Source of the DNA: Octopus vulgaris
Taxonomy: Eukaryota
Assembly: GCA_951406725.2 (NCBI GenBank)
Contig: OX597840.1
Location: 28,024,001 to 28,088,000 of the forward strand
DNA: 64,000 nt
Direction: 5' to 3'
Both the position numbers and the translations under genes were made by a program. Of the stretch, positions 58,373 to 64,000 are shown piece after piece (position 1 is the first letter of the stretch; each line of letters opens with the position of its first letter). The notes beneath the pieces are model-generated. The model was not told where the DNA came from. It searched no databases and was given only the letters and a program-made list of their open reading frames with translations.

Positions 58373-58629
58373 ATGCATGTCTTTGATATACCCGGGCCTA
58401 TTCCCCATTTTTAAGAGGGGGTCGCTACAAGACACACACCAGGCATTCCATTCCTTTCCCAGCTCAAAGAGCCGAACCAGGTTCAATGCTCGGGTCAAGA
58501 CATAGAACCCAACCCCCAATATCAGCAAGCGATCAAACTACGCGCCCCTTGTTTTCACATCCATGGTAAAATGTTTATATTTTTCATTTCGTTCCTGTCG
58601 AATTTTATCCCTAATTTTGTGGTTATAGA

Positions 58630-58763
58630 ACCTAGCTGTTCTTTCTGGCGCGTTGAATCCTTTCGCGGTCGATTGAGTTAACTACCAGTTGCGTACTGGG
58701 GGCCGATCTAAACGACTGGCCCCCTCCCTCGAAATTTAGACCCTAGTGTCCCTTATCGAAAGG

Positions 58764-58826
<63 letters not shown>

Positions 58827-59045
58827 GTTGTTGTTGTTGTTGTTGTTGTTGTTATTTGTTAGCACGCCGGACAAAATGCTTAGCGGCATTTCGTTCGTTT
58901 TTTACTTTCTGAGTTCCAATTACGCCGAGGCAGACTTTGTCTTTCATCCGTAAAGGGTCAATAAATTAATTACGGTTGAGCACTGGGGTTGATGTAACCG
59001 ACTGAAACCCCCTTGTAAACATGCAGGCCTTGTGCCACAATTCTA
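58630..59045 (+). mobile_element. Two diverged SINE family A pieces around an (ATT)n(GTT)n tract
   Basis: Core and tail at 58650-58765; head to tail at 58857-59045. Confidence 0.75.
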
Positions 59046-59046
59046 A

Positions 59047-59185
59047 ACTACTACTACTACCTCTACTACTACTACTACCACTACTACTACTACTACCACT
59101 ACTACAACAACAACAACTACTACTACTACTGCTGCTGCTACTGCCTCTACTACTATTACTACTACTACTTCAACTATTAATACTT

Positions 59186-59228
<43 letters not shown>

Positions 59229-59314
59229 TACTACTACAACTAAAACAACTACTCCTACAACTACTACTACTACAACAACTACTACTACTACAACTACTAC
59301 TACTACTACCACTT

Positions 59315-59354
<40 letters not shown>

Positions 59355-59520
59355 AACTACTTCTACTACTACTACAACTAAAACAACTACTCCTACAACT
59401 GCTACTACTACAACAACTACTACTACTACAACTACTACTACTACAACTACTACTACCACTTCTTCTACTACTACTACTACTACTACTAATACTACTACTG
59501 CTATTGCTGCTGCTGCTGCT
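59047..59520. repeat. (CTA/CAA)n with an internal duplication of about 141 bp
   Basis: ctacaactaaaacaactactcctacaact occurs twice. Confidence 0.9.
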
Positions 59521-60177
59521 GTTTAGTTTGTTGCTTGCAATTTCCAAATCTTCACAACCGCCATCGTTCCCCCATCTCTCTATCCATCTTCGCCGCCGCC
59601 GCCATTCTCTCTCCCCCTCCCTCCCCATCCACGCCTCCCTCTCTCTGTCTCTCTTCCTCTCTCTCTCTCTCCCTCACTCTCTCAATCTGCCTATCTATCT
59701 ATCTATCCTTCTCTAAATACGTGTGTCTCTCATACGCCAGAGTGATTGCATGCAAGTCTAAACGTCACATTTCGCCCGAAAATATCGCAGAACATCCAGG
59801 CGTTGTTTTTCGAATGGCAAAGGTCACCGAGTTAGCAGTTTTAGTTAATTCCTTCGACTTTGCTTCATTAGCTGACCAAACAAGCGGTAAATTAGATCTG
59901 ACCAGGTGAGAGAGGCAAATACATTTTGGATAATTGGATCCAATGAAGCAGTTGTCTTGCGCCTCCACCACCACCACGACCACCACCACAACCACCACCA
60001 CCGCCGTCATCATCGATTCCTGTTTAGCTTACTTATACAAAACAAGAGAAAGAGGGAGAAGGGAGATAGATGAGGGGGGAAGAGGGGTAGGGTGAGATGC
60101 AAAGATACGTCTGTTAAGCAGACGGGCAGGTATATAATGGTGTGGATTTAAGTGCCGTTTTCTTCACTTAAATACAC

Positions 60178-60210
60178 ATCTATCTATCTATCAATCTATC
60201 AATATGTCTG

Positions 60211-60261
<51 letters not shown>

Positions 60262-60270
60262 GTATGTCTG

Positions 60271-60309
<39 letters not shown>

Positions 60310-60318
60310 GTATGTCTG

Positions 60319-60376
<58 letters not shown>

Positions 60377-60377
60377 A

Positions 60378-60416
<39 letters not shown>

Positions 60417-60457
60417 CATCTATCTATCAATCTATCAATATGTCTGTCTATCTATCC

Positions 60458-60488
<31 letters not shown>

Positions 60489-60724
60489 AATCTCTCTACT
60501 TCTCAATCTATCTATCTGGCAATCTATCAATATGCCTGCCCCTCTCACACAGTCTATCTATCCATCCATCTATCTATCTATCTACTTACCTATCTATCTA
60601 ACTAGCTAGCTATCTTTCTGTCTGCCTGCCTACCTGTCTGTCTGTCTATATCTATTTATCTATTTGTCTGTATGTCTGTCTATCTGTCTATCTATTTATT
60701 TGTCCATCCATTCATCTATCTATC

Positions 60725-60791
<67 letters not shown>

Positions 60792-60830
60792 CCTATCTAT
60801 CTAGCTATCTATCTATCTACCTATCTATCT
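60178..60830. repeat. (TATC)n array
   Basis: Seen directly. Confidence 0.95.
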
Positions 60831-61030
60831 ACTCGTCTAACGTATCTGTTATATTATTTATCTGTCAATGTATCTATCCGACCCTACAGCCATGTACGTA
60901 TTAATATATATACACATACATATACACATATATATCTGCGCGCGCACCTGTGTGTGTGTATGTGTATACTTACGCATATATACGTACTGACATATAGTAC
61001 ATATGTACGTAAATATAGATATGTAAGTGA

Positions 61031-61095
<65 letters not shown>

Positions 61096-61155
61096 TTCAT
61101 ACCTGTATATATACATATACATTTATACATAAATGCATATTCTCATATATATATG

Positions 61156-61221
<66 letters not shown>

Positions 61222-61324
61222 TTCATACCTGTATCTATTCATATACATTTATGTATATCGATGTATATATATATACTTACATAAATGCATATTCTCATAT
61301 ATATATATGTATCTCTCTCTCTCT

Positions 61325-61368
<44 letters not shown>

Positions 61369-61607
61369 GCACACACATACACGCACATACACACACGCAC
61401 ACACACATCTTTTAAACCCGTGGAGGCAGGTTATAAAGACAATATACTTGATTCAGCAAGATTTTTATAAATAGATACAAGAACATTGTGTGTTAAATGT
61501 AGCTTGTTACTTCACCGTTCAGGTTTTATGGGTGAATTTTCCATAATATTCCTATCATAGGAAAAACTAGGAGACATATATCAAGAATAACATTCACCAG
61601 TAACATA

Positions 61608-61749
<142 letters not shown>

Positions 61750-61804
61750 AAGGGATGCGTGCGTTCTGTCATATAATAAATTAATAAATAAATAAATAAA
61801 ATAT

Positions 61805-62110
61805 ATGCATATATACATACATATATGTACGTACCAACGTCTACATGTATATGTATACATGCATTGTCGAACGCAATGAGAAACGAAAACATAAACACAA
61901 AAACCAAAAGGAAATGGACAGTTTTTTTAAAACAACGAAAAAATAGAGTACAGGACATACAATTTTTTCGTTGTTTTAAAAAAATGTCCATTTCCTTGGT
62001 TTTGTGTTTATATTTTCGTTTCTCATTGTGTTCGACGTTTTTTTTTGTATCCTGTACCCATATATGCATGTATATATACATGTAGAGGTAGGTACTTACA
62101 TATATGTATG

Positions 62111-62113
<3 letters not shown>
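61805..62113. repeat. Fold-back inverted repeat of about 300 bp
   Basis: gtcgaacgcaatgagaaacgaaaac...aaaacaacgaaaaaat / attttttcgttgtttt...ttttcgtttctcattgtgttcgac, plus outer arms. Confidence 0.92.
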
Positions 62114-62172
<59 letters not shown>

Positions 62173-62206
62173 CATATATATATACATACATATATATATA
62201 CATACA

Positions 62207-62251
<45 letters not shown>

Positions 62252-62300
62252 ATACATATATATATACATACATATATATATATTTATATATATATATATG

Positions 62301-62357
<57 letters not shown>

Positions 62358-62368
62358 ATGTATATATA

Positions 62369-62532
62369 GGCGCAAGAGTGGCTGTGTGGTAATTAGCTTA
62401 CTTACCAACCACATGGTTCCGGGTTCAGACTCACTGCGTGGCACCTTGGACATGTGTCTTCTACTATAGCCTCGGGCTGACCAAAGCCTTGTGAACGGAT
62501 TTATTAAACGGAAACCGAAAGTAGCCCGTCGT
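62369..62532 (+). mobile_element. SINE family B 5' module
   Basis: ggcgcaagagtggctgtgtggtaa...gcccgtcg. Confidence 0.9.
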
Positions 62533-62593
62533 ATATACATATATCTACGTATGTGTGTGGGTGGTGTCTGTGTTTGTATATATACGTATATGC

Positions 62594-62673
<80 letters not shown>

Positions 62674-63000
62674 CGTATGTGTGTATATACACACACAAAT
62701 ATACACACACACACACACACACACATATATTGTTGTATTTCGGGACGGTCATTTTCTTTTGCCAAATAAACACACGCACTGTATGTTCATTTTTCATCCG
62801 TTTATTACACTTCTTATTGTTAACTCATGTCCATCGTCCGGAAATTATTCATCACACATCTGAGACCTCATCAATGACACTTTCCGCCTTCGTATGTGCT
62901 TTTGTTCCGCTTAAAACGAAATGACCATCCAGAAATATAACAATATCTGTTTCAAAACACGTTTTCACATCAAGAATCTTGCATATATATATGAAAAAAG

Positions 63001-63330
63001 AAAGAACCCCTTCGGTCATGAATGACCATGGGACTCCGAGGCACAAGTCCAGGCAAGGTTGTTTATTGAAGACTCTCTGTCGCCCATTTATACCAGCCCC
63101 ACCCCAGCTCTCCATGCCACTGATGTTGCCCAAGGGAAAGGCAAAGGGGCCGATACAGCTTGGCACCAGTGATGTCACAACTTATTTCTACAGCTGAGGG
63201 AACTGGAAGCAATGTGAAATAAAGTGTCTTGCTCAAAAGAATGTAACACAGAACCCAGTACAGGGAATCGAACTCTCTACCTCATGATCGTGGGCGTCTG
63301 ACGTTCTAAACACAACACAGAGTCATGCGA
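63001..63330 (-). mobile_element. CORE-like tRNA SINE with RTE-like tail
   Basis: Minus strand gagttcgattccc B-box, ttgagcaagacactttatttcacattgcttccagtt CORE-like segment, ccatggtcattcatgaccgaagggg tail. Confidence 0.65.
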
Positions 63331-63508
63331 CTTTACACACACACACAAATTTGTCTGTGCCTGTGTGTGTGTGTGCGTATTTGTGTGTGCGTGTGTGTGT
63401 GCGTGCGTGTGTGCATGCGTGTGTACTTCCGTGCGTGTGCGTTTGTGCATGTGTATGCGCGTGTATGTGTGCGTGTGTGCTTGTGTGTGTGTGCTTGTGT
63501 GTGTGTTC

Positions 63509-63540
<32 letters not shown>

Positions 63541-63819
63541 TTGCGTGTGTGTGAGTTGGATCCACTCTCACTCCGTGGCAACGTGGGTGTCTTCTATGAG
63601 TGTTAATCTCAACTGATTTTCATAACTTATTGAGCTCTCATCAGAGGTGTTCACCTTATTTGACCAATCACAGAGAAACACAACAGATCCAGTAGCTTCG
63701 GCCAACTGGAGTTACTAATTTGCATGCCATGTTCAAGATTTTATTTATCATCAGCGGCCACTTGACTGGGATATCAGTACGTATTCAATCAAGATATAGT
63801 TAAATAGACAGATATACAA

Positions 63820-63955
63820 CTGACTTTTTTCAGTTTCCTTCACATAAATCCGTTTACAAAGCTTAAGTCGGCACGGAACTTTAGTAGAAGACATTTGCCC
63901 TAGGTTCCAAGCAATGGGACTGAACCCGGAAACGTGTGGTTAGAAAGTAAATGGT
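63820..63955 (-). mobile_element. SINE family B 5' module, diverged
   Basis: agaagacatttgccc...tgggactgaacccgg. Confidence 0.75.
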
Positions 63956-64000
63956 TTTGTGTATATTTTTTATAGGTGTAAGTATATGTGAGTGTGTACC

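Overview
Eukaryotic, AT-rich, non-coding DNA crowded with microsatellites and transposon debris. The SINE families present suggest an octopus or other coleoid cephalopod genome (recalled family resemblance, not a database hit), most likely a large intron or intergenic stretch. No host protein-coding gene can be supported, and nearly all ORFs in the track are translations of simple repeats. Recognisable content: two abundant tRNA-derived SINE families, fragments of RTE, R4/Dong, CR1-group and Penelope-like retroelements, Tc1/mariner-superfamily remnants (DD37D and DUF4817-type), pogo/Tigger-like MITEs, one non-autonomous Helitron and one Helentron-like element. The most notable signals are (1) many minimal type I hammerhead ribozyme motifs from several Penelope-like families, including a five-copy family with a fixed non-canonical core (CUGUNGA); (2) SINE concatemers that share the same internal junction at independent loci, two of them bounded by target-site duplications; and (3) numerous fold-back structures. 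Coordinates were read by eye and may be off by a few bases.
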